This document shows, piece after piece, positions 12,419 through 22,331 of a DNA stretch of 64,000 nucleotides. This DNA is from Chthoniobacteraceae bacterium. GTDB lineage: Bacteria; Verrucomicrobiota; Verrucomicrobiia; Chthoniobacterales; Chthoniobacteraceae. Every line of letters begins with the position of its first letter. The first letter of the stretch is position 1. The notes under the pieces were generated by a model. That model was not told where the DNA came from, did not search any database, and worked only from the letters and a program-made list of their open reading frames with translations. The position numbers and the translations under genes were made by a program. The DNA is taken from the NCBI GenBank assembly GCA_040081625.1, contig JBEBGD010000008.1, forward strand, positions 1 through 64,000, given 5' to 3'.

Positions 12419-14035
12419 ATGAATACCCCGTTCCTTCTCGATGCGGTCGTGCTGGTCGCCTATTTCGCCGTGATCGTCGGCATCGGCCTCTCGCAGCGCT
12501 CGAAGAGCGGAAGCGTCGAGGGCTTCTCGCTCGGCGATCGGCAGATCCCGTGGTGGGCGGTGCTCACCTCGATCCTCGCGGCGGAGATCAGCGCGGCGAC
12601 CTTCCTCGGCGCGCCGGGCGAGGGCTTCGACAAGAAGAACTGGACCTACGCGCAACTCGCCATCGGCACGGTCATCGCGCGCGTCTTCGTGAGCTTCATC
12701 TTCATCCCGATCTATTACCGGCATGGGGTCATCTCGATTTACGAGTTCCTCGAGACGCGCTTCGGAAATTTCACGCGCAAGCTGGCGTCGGCGATCTTCC
12801 TCGTCACGCGCGTGCTCGCGATGGGGACCCGGCTTTATGTGTCGGCGATCATCGTCGTCCTCGCGGTGGTGATGTGGCGCGGCGGCACCGCCGTGACACC
12901 CGGGGAGAAGTTCGCGCTCTACGCGGGCGCGCTGGTGCTCGTGACGCTCCTGACTGCGCTCTACACGACGATCGGCGGCATTCGCGCGGTGATTTGGACC
13001 GACTTCATCCAGGTCGGCGTGCTCGTGCTCGCGCTGGGGTTCACCGTTCCATTCCTGTTCGGGAAAATCGACGGCGGCTGGGCGACCGTCTCGCAGCATA
13101 TCAACGCGCCGGCATTCATCGACACGGTGCCGCGCACGGAAGGCGAGGGGTTCGGTGCCTGGCTCGCGCGGATGTTTTCGCTCGAATACACCGTGTATGC
13201 CGCGTTCATCGGCTCGACGTTCGTGACGATGGCGACGCACGGCATCGACCAGGACACCGTGCAGCGAATGCTCACGGCGAAGAACCGCCGGCAGAGCGCG
13301 GTGGCGACGGTGCTCTCGGGGCTCGCCGACCTGCCGATCGTCGCGGCATTCATCCTCATTGGCGTGCTGCTCGCGGTCTATTACAGCGTGAATCCGCCAG
13401 CCGATCTGCCGACGGAAGGACGCGAGGTGTTCCCGTATTTCATCCTGCACGAGATGTCTCCGGGGCTGCGCGGGTTGGTCACCGCGGGCATCCTCGCGAC
13501 AGCCATGGGCTCGCTGAGCACGGCGCTCAACGCGCTGGCGACGAGTTTCGCGCGCGACTTCGCACTGCCGCGACTCGAGCGCGGCGGCATCCTCGTCGAT
13601 GAATGGCAGCGCGTGCGCGTGCTGCGGCAGAGCACCGTGTTCTTTGCGGTTCTCATCATCATCGTCGGAGTGATCACCGCGGCCTACATGGCCTACAACA
13701 AGGACGCGCGAATCATCCCGCTCGTGCTCGGCATCCTCGGCTTCACGTTCGGCTCGCTGCTCGGGATCTTTTTGCTCGGGCTTTTCACGCGCAACCGCGG
13801 CAACGACAAGGGCAATGCGTGGGCCATCGCGGCGGGCATCATCGCCGTGCTGTGGTCGAGCGGCGCACCGCACAAGCTCCTGCCCGGGCTGTTCGAGTTT
13901 CTGCCCGGCTTCACGCTCGCGTTTCCGTGGCGCATCACGCTCGGCACGCTCGTCACCTTTGGGGTCGCCGCGTGTTTCACGACGCCGCCGGACCGCATCG
14001 CAGTGCGCGACAAAGCCGACGCAGCGACGGCGTAG
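12419..14035 (+). CDS. Sodium:solute symporter (SSS family)
   Basis: Multi-TM protein with AEISAATFLGAPG, SIYEFLETRFG, GGIRAVIWTDFIQ, DQDTVQRML. Confidence 0.9.
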   Translation: MNTPFLLDAVVLVAYFAVIVGIGLSQRSKSGSVEGFSLGDRQIPWWAVLTSILAAEISAATFLGAPGEGFDKKNWTYAQLAIGTVIARVFVSFIFIPIYYRHGVISIYEFLETRFGNFTRKLASAIFLVTRVLAMGTRLYVSAIIVVLAVVMWRGGTAVTPGEKFALYAGALVLVTLLTALYTTIGGIRAVIWTDFIQVGVLVLALGFTVPFLFGKIDGGWATVSQHINAPAFIDTVPRTEGEGFGAWLARMFSLEYTVYAAFIGSTFVTMATHGIDQDTVQRMLTAKNRRQSAVATVLSGLADLPIVAAFILIGVLLAVYYSVNPPADLPTEGREVFPYFILHEMSPGLRGLVTAGILATAMGSLSTALNALATSFARDFALPRLERGGILVDEWQRVRVLRQSTVFFAVLIIIVGVITAAYMAYNKDARIIPLVLGILGFTFGSLLGIFLLGLFTRNRGNDKGNAWAIAAGIIAVLWSSGAPHKLLPGLFEFLPGFTLAFPWRITLGTLVTFGVAACFTTPPDRIAVRDKADAATA

Positions 14036-14079
14036 GAACGACCAATGAGCCGCGAAGGCGCGAGTTTTCTAGGCTGCGC

Positions 14080-14480
14080 GTGTCAGCAAGAAAAAAACAC
14101 GATTCGGAGAAAAAATAGTTCCTCTGTAGCGGAGAAAAATCTTTGCGCTGCGAACTGCAAAAACTACGCTCCGCGTGCTGCGGCGGAAACGCCGGAGGCC
14201 ACTGTGAATAACTTGTGAAGAACTCCCAGAATACCCAACCAATCCCCTCCTCGACCGCCGCTCCACGGGAGCGCGCGGCTGGACACGGCGGGAAGACGCA
14301 GGTTCTCGGTGTTCCACAGGCTGCCCCTCGGGAACCCCTGTATTTACAAGGGTTCCCGGGCGGATGTTACAGCACGATGGCAGGCGTTCCGCGCGTTAAA
14401 CGCGCCGCCTGAGGCTTCCACGCCGCGCGAAACCCAACCAAAACCGACCAAAAATGCCTGCAATTGTGACTGTGGATAAA
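14080..14480. promoter_or_regulatory. Probable oriC / dnaA regulatory region with DnaA boxes
   Basis: A-rich tract ~14085-14165. DnaA-box matches TGTGAATAA 14203-14211, TGTGAAGAA 14214-14222, TGTTCCACA 14310-14318 and perfect TGTGGATAA 14471-14479. Lies directly upstream of dnaA-dnaN. Confidence 0.65.
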
Positions 14481-15863
14481 TCGCCGAGCGCCGAGGAATT
14501 TCCTTTCGTGTGGGGGAAGATCGTCGAGCAGCTCCGCGAAGCGATGAGCGAGGACACTTTTACCCGCTGGTTCAACGGAGTGGAGCTCGCCGCGCTTAGC
14601 GATACCGACGCCACGATTTGCGTGCCGTCGCACATCTACCAGCTCTGGATCGAATCCAATTACCTCGACCTTCTGCGCGCTTCGTTCCTCTTCGTGCTCG
14701 GGCGCGAGCGGAAGATTCATTTCGCCTTCGTCGCTTCGAGCGGAACCGTGGACGGGGTGTCGCTCGCGCCGCCCGCGAGGCGCAAGGCCGAGCCGGTGGA
14801 CGAAGAGGAGCAGGAGCAGGAGAAGCCCGCGCGAGCGACGAGCTATGGCTTCAACCCGCGCAACACGTTCGAGGCGTTCGTGGTCGGGGCGACGAATCAA
14901 TACGCGCACGCGGCCTGCCTCGCCGTCGCGACCCAGCCCGGCAAAACTTACAACCCGCTTTTTCTCCACGGCGGAGTCGGTCTCGGCAAGACGCACCTCA
15001 TGCAGGCGATCGGGCAGCACATCCACGCGAAGAAGAAGAACGCGAAGGTGCTCTACATCACGAGCGAGCAGTTCACGAACGACTTCATCGACGCGATCCA
15101 GAACAACACGCTCGTGAAGTTCCGCCGACGCTACCGGCAGGCGGACGTGATGCTGATTGACGACGTGCAATTTCTCGCCGGCAAGGAGCGCTCGCAGGAG
15201 GAATTCTTTCACACGTTCAATTCGCTCTTCGACGGGCACAAACAGATCGTGCTCTCCAGCGACCGGCCGCCGTCGGAGTTCGCGAACCTCGAGGCGCGGC
15301 TGGTGAGCCGCTTTGATTGGGGGCTGACGGCTGAGCTTCAGCCGCCGGACATCGAGATGCGCATCGCGATTCTGCGGAAGAAAGCGCAGGCGATGGAGAT
15401 CCAGCTCAACAAGGAGACCTTCGACTACATCGCCGAGCGCGTGCGGGGGAACGTGCGGCGGCTCGAGGGCGCGCTCAATCGGGTGGCCTCGTATGCGTCG
15501 CTCAACGGCACGCAGCCGAGCATCGAGAAGATCGAGCACCTGCTCAAAGACATCCTGCTCGAGGAAGCGCGGCGCGCGGTGACGATGGAGCAGATCCAGA
15601 AGCGCGTGGCCGAACACTTCGACGTGCGGCTGGCCGACATGACGAGCAAGCGCCGTCCGGCGAACATCGCCTTCCCTCGGCAGATCGCGATGTATCTCGC
15701 GCGCGAAATGACGAAGGGTTCGCTAAGCGAGATCGGCGACGCGTTCGGCGGACGCGATCACGGCACGGTGCTGCACGCGCACCGGTTGGTGAAGGAAAGG
15801 ATGAAGCAGGAGGAGAAGGTGCGGCAGACGGTCGGCTTCCTCGAGGCGCAGCTCCACCGCTGA
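14454..15863 (+). CDS. dnaA: Chromosomal replication initiator DnaA (start may be GTG 14472)
   Basis: YNPLFLHGGVGLGKTHLMQAIG, LIDDVQF, QEEFFHTFN, FGGRDHGTVLHA. Confidence 0.98.
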   Translation: MPAIVTVDKSPSAEEFPFVWGKIVEQLREAMSEDTFTRWFNGVELAALSDTDATICVPSHIYQLWIESNYLDLLRASFLFVLGRERKIHFAFVASSGTVDGVSLAPPARRKAEPVDEEEQEQEKPARATSYGFNPRNTFEAFVVGATNQYAHAACLAVATQPGKTYNPLFLHGGVGLGKTHLMQAIGQHIHAKKKNAKVLYITSEQFTNDFIDAIQNNTLVKFRRRYRQADVMLIDDVQFLAGKERSQEEFFHTFNSLFDGHKQIVLSSDRPPSEFANLEARLVSRFDWGLTAELQPPDIEMRIAILRKKAQAMEIQLNKETFDYIAERVRGNVRRLEGALNRVASYASLNGTQPSIEKIEHLLKDILLEEARRAVTMEQIQKRVAEHFDVRLADMTSKRRPANIAFPRQIAMYLAREMTKGSLSEIGDAFGGRDHGTVLHAHRLVKERMKQEEKVRQTVGFLEAQLHR

Positions 15864-15955
15864 TCCCCGCAGCGTCGTCGCGTGGCTTGATGCACGAAAA
15901 TGATTGCGCGCACCCGCGCCATCATTCATCACGACGCAGCCCCAGCCAAAAATTT

Positions 15956-17050
15956 ATGAAATTCAGCGTCAGCAAAGAGAAGCTCCTCGAAGGCCTGCAA
16001 GTCGTGCAAAACGTCGTCAGCACACGCACGACCTTGCCGATCCTCTCGAACGTGCTGCTGCAAGCCGACGCCGCAGGAGTGCGTTTGACCACAACCGACC
16101 TCGATGTCGGAATCTGCGGCGGCATCGAAGCCCAGGTCGAAAAGGAAGGCGCCACGACGCTGCCGGCGCGCCGGCTCGCGAGCATCGTGCGCGAACTGCC
16201 CGCGGCGGAGGTAGTCGTGGAGGTCGATTCGAAGAACGTCGCTTCGATCCGCTGCGGTCAGAGCTTCTTCAAGATCCTCGGCCTGCCGGAGGAGGAGTTC
16301 CCGCCGCTGCCGAAATTCGACGGTGCGAAGGAATTCACGCTCAAGCAAAACGACCTGCGCGACGGCTTGCGCAAGACTTCCTACGCCATCTCGACCGACG
16401 AGACGCGCTACGTGCTTAACGGCATTCTTTTTTCGTTCAAGGAGAACAAACTCACGATGGTCGCGACCGACGGGCGCCGGCTCGCGCTCGTGGATATCGA
16501 GGTCGAGTTCGCGCGCAGCCAGGAAGTCGAGATCATCGTGCCGACCAAGTGCGTGACCGAGCTCCAGCGACTCGTCGGCGGTGAGGGCGACTTGAAGATG
16601 AGCGTGGGTGAGAACCAGGTGGCGTTCGAGGTGAATGGCACGCTGCTCATTTCCAAGCTCATCGAGGGAAACTACCCGAACTACCGCCAGGTCATCCCCG
16701 GCGAGGCGAAGGAACGCGTGACGCTCGAGCGGGAGCAGTTCTTCAATGCCGTGCATCGCGTGTCGCTGCTCGCGAGCGAGAAGAGTAACTCGGTGAAGCT
16801 CGTCTTCAGCAAGGGCAACCTCGAGATCGCCGCGAATACGCCCGATGTCGGCGAGGCGCGCGAAAGCCTCGCGGTGAATTATAAAGGCCGCGAATTCTCG
16901 ATCGCGTTCAACCCTGAGTTCCTGCAGGCGCCGCTGCGCGCGCTGCCGGACGACGAAGTCTTCCTCGACCTGATCGACGAGATGAGCCCCGGCGTGATCA
17001 AGGTGCAGACGCCCTTCCTGTATGTGTTGATGCCAATGCGCATCAGCTAG
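15956..17050 (+). CDS. dnaN: DNA polymerase III beta sliding clamp
   Basis: TTLPILSNVLL, VATDGRRLA, LIEGNYPNYRQVIP, C-terminal YVLMPMR; follows dnaA. Confidence 0.97.
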   Translation: MKFSVSKEKLLEGLQVVQNVVSTRTTLPILSNVLLQADAAGVRLTTTDLDVGICGGIEAQVEKEGATTLPARRLASIVRELPAAEVVVEVDSKNVASIRCGQSFFKILGLPEEEFPPLPKFDGAKEFTLKQNDLRDGLRKTSYAISTDETRYVLNGILFSFKENKLTMVATDGRRLALVDIEVEFARSQEVEIIVPTKCVTELQRLVGGEGDLKMSVGENQVAFEVNGTLLISKLIEGNYPNYRQVIPGEAKERVTLEREQFFNAVHRVSLLASEKSNSVKLVFSKGNLEIAANTPDVGEARESLAVNYKGREFSIAFNPEFLQAPLRALPDDEVFLDLIDEMSPGVIKVQTPFLYVLMPMRIS

Positions 17051-17099
17051 CCGGAAAACCCGGAGGCGCGCCGGCAGTGCGCGTTAAGATACCCTAAAG

Positions 17100-17396
17100 A
17101 TGATCATCAGACGCATCGAACAGATCGAGGCGAGAATCAAAGCCGCATCAAACCTCACGGAGGAAACGCGGGCCGGATTGCTGCGCGATTTGTCGGCCCT
17201 CAAGGCCGAGGCAGAGTCGGTGCCTAAGACCGCGGGCGCGGACGTGCCCGCCGAACCGGTGCCGCTCGAAGACGGCCCGATCGGGCCGCTCGTGGATGAA
17301 TTGTCCGGCTCCATCGACTCGCTGGAGACCTCGCACCCGCGGATGACCGAGATGGCCAACCGCATCGCGATGGTCCTCGCGAACATGGGGATCTGA
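17100..17396 (+). CDS. DUF4404-like small protein
   Basis: C-terminal ETSHPRMTEMANRIAMVLANMGI. Confidence 0.7.
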   Translation: MIIRRIEQIEARIKAASNLTEETRAGLLRDLSALKAEAESVPKTAGADVPAEPVPLEDGPIGPLVDELSGSIDSLETSHPRMTEMANRIAMVLANMGI

Positions 17397-17468
17397 GCGA
17401 CCGGCTCGCGGAAAAACCGATTTGCAAAGCGGACGGCATCTGCGAGACATCCCGCCCCTTCGGGGAAC

Positions 17469-17550
17469 GCTCGCGTGGCGGAACTGGCAGACGCGCACGG
17501 CTCAGGACCGTGTGGGGTAACCCGTGAAGGTTCGAATCCTTTCGCGAGCA
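17469..17550 (+). tRNA. tRNA-Leu (anticodon CAG), CCA not encoded
   Basis: Acceptor stem gctcgcg/cgcgagc, D-arm ggcggaactggcagacgc, anticodon arm cacgg-ctCAGga-ccgtg, long variable arm, T-loop ggttcgaatcc. Confidence 0.95.
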
Positions 17551-17603
17551 CTTTTTGAGGCGGCGCTTGCAGGCGGGTCGCGGTCGCGGATGCTGCGGGC
17601 GCC

Positions 17604-18989
17604 ATGAATCGCTTCGTGATCTTCCTCGCCTGCGCGCTTCCACTGCACGGCGAAGACGCCGCGGCGTTGCTCAAGAAGCTCGACGACGCCTTTGCGTCCG
17701 TTTTCAAAAAGGTGGCGCCGACCGTCGTCGTGATCGAGGCGACCAAGGCGGAGGGGGAAGCCGACGAACCGGCGAACCGGCCATTCGATTTCTTTTCACG
17801 CGATGAAGACGCACCGGGCGACAAGCGTGAACGCAACTGGAGTCTGCCGAAGTCGCCATTGCAAAGCGAAGGCAGCGGCTTCGTCATCCGCGCCGACGGC
17901 CACATCATCACGAACCGCCACGTCGTCATCGACTCCGAGAGAATCGAGGTGCGCGGATACGATGGCCGGCGCTGGAAGGCGACGCTCGTCGCAGCGGACG
18001 AACGCACCGACATCGCCGTGCTCAAGGTCGATGCGGCGGATTTGGCTGTGCCTCAATGGGGCGACAGCGACACGCTGCGGATCGGGCAGCTCGTCTGCGC
18101 GATCGGCGCGCCGTTCAATCAGGACTACAGCTTCTCGTGCGGCTGGGTCAGCGGCAAAGGCCGCAGCAATCTGCTCACGTCCGCTTCGGGCAAGCCGCTT
18201 TTCGAGGACTACATTCAGACCGACGCCTTCATCAATCCGGGCAACAGCGGCGGACCGCTTTTCAATGTCGAGGGGCGCGTGGTGGGGATGAATACGCTGA
18301 TCAAAGGCATCGGGCGCGGACTGGCCTTTGCCATCCCGTCGAACCTGCTTCGCGACGTCGCGGAACAACTCATCACCACCGGACGGGTGCGTCGGCCATG
18401 GCTCGGCGTGCGCATCACTTCGCTCGAGACGAGCACCGCGCTCCGGCAGCAATTCCCCGATACCGCGCACGGGGTGGTCATCAATACCATCGAAGCCGGC
18501 ACGCCCGCCGCGACGAGCGATCTTCGACCGGGCGATCTCGTCACTGCGATCGACGCGGTGCCGCTGCGCAACGCCCAGGATCTCGTCCGCCACGTGCAGC
18601 GGCTGAAGGTGGGTCAGACGATTCAATTCTCCGTCGTCCGGAAAGGCGAAACGCTGAACGTCGCGCTCGTCACGGCCGAGCAACCGGACTCTCCAGTCCG
18701 TCTCCCACGACCCGTTCCGGCGGTTCCGGGCCTCGGATTAACGCTCAGCACCAGCGACTCCGATGGCGTGCTCGTGACGGAAGTCGCTCCCGGCAGCCCG
18801 GCCGATCGCGCCGACCTGCGGCCTGGCGACATCATTACCGAGGTGGAATCCGAACCAGTCCACGCGCCCGAACCGGCGATGAAAGCAATCGAATCGGCGC
18901 TGGCCGGACAGCCGAAAAAAGGCGCGCTACTTCACTTTTTCCGGGATGGAAAAAAAAGTTGGTCCGTCATTGAACGACCTGCCCGCTGA
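17604..18989 (+). CDS. HtrA/DegP-family serine protease with two PDZ domains
   Basis: Signal peptide; catalytic triad motifs TNRHVV, TDIAVLK, QTDAFINPGNSGGPL; two PDZ-like segments. Confidence 0.92.
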   Translation: MNRFVIFLACALPLHGEDAAALLKKLDDAFASVFKKVAPTVVVIEATKAEGEADEPANRPFDFFSRDEDAPGDKRERNWSLPKSPLQSEGSGFVIRADGHIITNRHVVIDSERIEVRGYDGRRWKATLVAADERTDIAVLKVDAADLAVPQWGDSDTLRIGQLVCAIGAPFNQDYSFSCGWVSGKGRSNLLTSASGKPLFEDYIQTDAFINPGNSGGPLFNVEGRVVGMNTLIKGIGRGLAFAIPSNLLRDVAEQLITTGRVRRPWLGVRITSLETSTALRQQFPDTAHGVVINTIEAGTPAATSDLRPGDLVTAIDAVPLRNAQDLVRHVQRLKVGQTIQFSVVRKGETLNVALVTAEQPDSPVRLPRPVPAVPGLGLTLSTSDSDGVLVTEVAPGSPADRADLRPGDIITEVESEPVHAPEPAMKAIESALAGQPKKGALLHFFRDGKKSWSVIERPAR

Positions 18990-19031
18990 CCGGTCCAATC
19001 GTTCAGTTGTCTTTCATTTCCTTGGTTGGGG

Positions 19032-19069
19032 CGGGCCGGCGCTATCAATTTGGCGCCGGCCCGTTTTTT
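19032..19069 (+). terminator. Intrinsic terminator after the htrA-like gene
   Basis: Stem cgggccggcgc/gcgccggcccg followed by a T6 tract, between convergent genes. Confidence 0.8.
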
Positions 19070-19083
19070 ATGCCCGAACGCGA

Positions 19084-19722
19084 TCAGGCGCGGGGGAGGA
19101 GGATCTCGATTTGAGGAAAGAGCGCCAGCACGGTCCGCGCGACCGATTCAACACTCACGCCGCCAGCGCCTTCCCGCTCGAGGCTCGTCATTTCCACTCC
19201 CCCGATGCCGCAAGGCGTGATGTGCGCGAAGCCATCCAGCGGCCCGCAGACATTCAGCGCGAAGCCGTGCATCGTGACCCAACGCCGCACGCCCACGCCG
19301 ATGCTGGCGATTTTCCGTTCCCCGACCCAGACGCCGGTGAGCCCATCCCGCCGACCGGCAGACACGCCCGATGCGGCGCAAGTGGCGACGATGATCTCCT
19401 CCAGCGCGCGCATGTAACGGTGGAGATCCTGCCCGCGCGAGCGCAGGTCCATGATCGGGTAGCCGACGAGCTGGCCCGGACCGTGGTAGGTCGCCTGCCC
19501 GCCGCGGTTGGTCACCTGCACGGGGTAGGGCAGCGCGCCCGGATCGCGGAGGCTCGATTGATCCTGCGTCCGGCCGATGGTGAAGACCGGCTCGTGCTCG
19601 AGCAGCAGCAATTGCTCGTCGCCCGACGGCTCGGCGATTCTCAGCGCCACGAGATCCTCCTGCAACGCCAGCGCGTCGGCGTAGGGCACCCGGCCCAGCC
19701 ATCGGACCACGACCGCGCTCAA
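19084..19722 (-). CDS. lipB: Lipoyl(octanoyl) transferase
   Basis: LLLEHEPVFTIG, RGGQATYHGPGQLVGYP, KIASIG, HGFALN, ITPCG. Confidence 0.95.
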   Translation of the reverse strand: MSAVVVRWLGRVPYADALALQEDLVALRIAEPSGDEQLLLLEHEPVFTIGRTQDQSSLRDPGALPYPVQVTNRGGQATYHGPGQLVGYPIMDLRSRGQDLHRYMRALEEIIVATCAASGVSAGRRDGLTGVWVGERKIASIGVGVRRWVTMHGFALNVCGPLDGFAHITPCGIGGVEMTSLEREGAGGVSVESVARTVLALFPQIEILLPRA

Positions 19723-20234
19723 ATCCGCGCGAGCGCTGCAACTCCGCGCGCCGCGCTTTCCATGGTTTGAAAATGAGTGATGCCGATCGCGAGCGCATCG
19801 GCCGCATCGGCCGGCGGCATCTCGGTCAGCCCGAGCAGCGCGCGAACCATGAACCCGACCTGCCCTTTCTGCGCGCCGCCATGTCCGACCACGCCCTGCT
19901 TCACGCGCCGCGGCGCATATTCGTGGATGGGCAGCCCGCGTTGCGCCGCGGCTAGCAGCGCTGCGCCGCGCGCCGTGCCGAGAGTGATCGCCGTCTTCAT
20001 GCTCTGGACAAAGATCACCGCCTCGAACGCCGCCTCGACCGGCTGATACTGCTCGATCAACTCGCGCACGCGCTCATGAATCGCGACCAGGCAGCCGCTC
20101 GGCAGCAGAGCCGGCGCATTCTTTATCGTGCCGTAGGTCAGCGCGACGATGCGGCTGCCGTCCTTTTCCAAAATTGCATAGCCGGTGTTTCTGAGTGCCG
20201 GATCGATCGCCAGGACGCGCGCGGGCGCGGGCAT
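19719..20234 (-). CDS. ruvC: Holliday junction resolvase
   Basis: LAIDP...TGY, EYAPRRVKQGVVGHGGAQK, DAADALA. Confidence 0.93.
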   Translation of the reverse strand: MPAPARVLAIDPALRNTGYAILEKDGSRIVALTYGTIKNAPALLPSGCLVAIHERVRELIEQYQPVEAAFEAVIFVQSMKTAITLGTARGAALLAAAQRGLPIHEYAPRRVKQGVVGHGGAQKGQVGFMVRALLGLTEMPPADAADALAIGITHFQTMESAARGVAALARI

Positions 20235-21535
20235 CAGAAAAGATTTCCCAGCCGCAGACCCGGCACCGTCTTCATCGCCCACAGCGCGACGATCACCAGG
20301 CCGATGCCGAACGCCGCGTAGGCGAGCTTCACGCCGAGTTGGGCGCGCTTGAGCCGGACGATCTGCACGTGGCGCTGCTCGAGCTCCGCGTTCTGCCGCG
20401 CGATGATCCCGCGCAGCACTTCATTGTCCTGGCGAAGACGGACCTCGCTCGCGGCATCCACCCGGCGGCGTGTTTCGTCGAGCTCGCGCTGGAGCGACTT
20501 GAGCTGCTCTTCGATCCCGCTCCGCTGCGTCCGCCCGGCTTCGATCTCCACCTCGAGCTGCTGCACTCGCACGGTGAGCCGGTCGCGCTCCTTGCCCGTC
20601 ACGCGCAGATGTTCGCGCGCCTCCACCAGGTCCTTTCCGGTCGTGTCCTCCGAGAGACTCTTTCGCAGCCCGTCTCGATCCTTCTCCAGCTCCTCGACGC
20701 AGATCGCGAGCGACTTTGCTCTCTCTTCGGCTTCGGCGAGGCTCTTCTTTTCCGTGGCGATCTCTTCGATCGCCACGAGCAGCCTCGCATCGGTCTCCGA
20801 GGCGGAGCGATTCGTAACGGCCAACTCGGCATCGAGCGCAGTGACCCGTGCTTCGAGCACCTGAATCTCGCGCAAAGCCGCGGTGCGCTCCGCCTGAGTG
20901 CCACTCAATTTCGTCCGCAACTCGCCGATCTCGATGTCGCACTCCCTCAGCCGCAGGCTCGCAGTTTCGGCCTCGAGCTCAGCCGCTTCGAGGCGGGGCA
21001 AAATCTCCGCGCGTTCGCTCGTGAGCGTTTCCGACTCTGCGCGAAGCCGGATGGCCTCTTCCTGCGCCATCATCAGCTCGCCTTCGATCTTGTTCAGCTC
21101 ACCCGCGAGCGCGACGGCGCGGCTCTCGGCATCCTCGCGGGCCGCGAGCACTTCGCCGACGGCGGTATCCTTTGCCGCGATCTCATTCCGCAAGCGCGCG
21201 ACTTCATCCCGCAACTTGCGGCGCTCCTTCTTCAGCTTTTCGATCGCGGCCTGGCTCTCCGAGAGTTCGCCCTCGACCCGCGTGATCTGCACGCTCGCGT
21301 CGGTGAGTTCCTGCCGCAGCGCCCCGATCTCCGGATCCGAATACTCCCCGCGCGTCCCGCCCTTCCGGCGATGCGTTGGAGCAATATCGTAATCCCGGTC
21401 ATGCATCGAGCCACGTTTCGGGATCTCGACGCTGGCGTTGCAGCATGGACACTCCGTCGCTAGCCCGGCGGCGGAAGATTCCACCACCATCCTCTGCCCG
21501 CAGTGTGAACAATCGAATTTGATGTCGGTTAGCAT
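20234..21535 (-). CDS. Zn-ribbon / long coiled-coil / C-terminal TM protein
   Basis: N-terminal CSHC...CPCC, ~330 aa of E/R/L-rich heptads, hydrophobic C-terminal helix. Confidence 0.7.
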   Translation of the reverse strand: MLTDIKFDCSHCGQRMVVESSAAGLATECPCCNASVEIPKRGSMHDRDYDIAPTHRRKGGTRGEYSDPEIGALRQELTDASVQITRVEGELSESQAAIEKLKKERRKLRDEVARLRNEIAAKDTAVGEVLAAREDAESRAVALAGELNKIEGELMMAQEEAIRLRAESETLTSERAEILPRLEAAELEAETASLRLRECDIEIGELRTKLSGTQAERTAALREIQVLEARVTALDAELAVTNRSASETDARLLVAIEEIATEKKSLAEAEERAKSLAICVEELEKDRDGLRKSLSEDTTGKDLVEAREHLRVTGKERDRLTVRVQQLEVEIEAGRTQRSGIEEQLKSLQRELDETRRRVDAASEVRLRQDNEVLRGIIARQNAELEQRHVQIVRLKRAQLGVKLAYAAFGIGLVIVALWAMKTVPGLRLGNLF

Positions 21536-21647
21536 GAATTCGTTCCCGCCCCTTCGTATCTGCGTTTCGCGCCGCCGGGTCAAAAAGTTTTTCCGCCTGG
21601 TCAAAGATATTGCCTCACCCGTGGCGCTGGCCTAGAACTCGCGCCCT

Positions 21648-22322
21648 ATGATCGACTTCATGCAAAAAGGAGGGCCTGTCATGTGGCTCATCCTCGCGTG
21701 CAGCGTGCTCGCCGGGGCGATTTTCTTGGAGCGGGTCACGTATTTTCACCGCGTTTCGCTGCGCGTCGGCGAATTCCTGCGCGGTCTCGCCCGGCTCATC
21801 GAAGGCCAGCGCTTCGCCGACGCTCTCCACGAGTGCGCCATCGTCCGCGCGCCTGTCGCCCGCGTCGTCCATGCAGCCGTGCTCCGGCACGATGCACCAC
21901 GTGCCGAGCTCAAGGACATCGTGCAGGAGGCCGGCCAGCTCGAAGTGCCGCGCCTCGAGCGCCGCCTCGCGATGCTCGCGACTGTCGTCTTCACCGCGCC
22001 GCTGCTCGGCCTGCTCGGCACCGTCATGGGGTTGATCGATGCCTTCACGAACCTCTCCGCGCAGACTGGTTACACGAGCCTCACCGACCTTGCCGCCGGC
22101 ATTTATCAGGCGCTCATCACCACCGCCGGCGGGCTCGTCGTCGCCATCCCGAGCGCCGTCGCCTACGGCTACCTCAACTCGCGCGTCAACACGCTCCTCC
22201 ACGACATGGAACGCGCCGGCATCGAGATCGTGAACCTCATCTGCGACCAGCGCAGCAAGACCCCGGAGATCATCGATTTCGTCCCGCCGGAGAAAGCCGC
22301 ACGCCTCCAGCAGGGCGAGTAG
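21648..22322 (+). CDS. MotA/TolQ/ExbB family protein
   Basis: KGGPVMW, APLLGLLGTVMGLI, ALITTAGGLVVAIP. Confidence 0.92.
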   Translation: MIDFMQKGGPVMWLILACSVLAGAIFLERVTYFHRVSLRVGEFLRGLARLIEGQRFADALHECAIVRAPVARVVHAAVLRHDAPRAELKDIVQEAGQLEVPRLERRLAMLATVVFTAPLLGLLGTVMGLIDAFTNLSAQTGYTSLTDLAAGIYQALITTAGGLVVAIPSAVAYGYLNSRVNTLLHDMERAGIEIVNLICDQRSKTPEIIDFVPPEKAARLQQGE

Positions 22323-22331
22323 CCGCGTGCC

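Noticed and set aside
17469..17610. tRNA-Leu as an integration site for an island
   Set aside because: No integrase, no duplicated tRNA 3' end seen, and the flanking genes are housekeeping.
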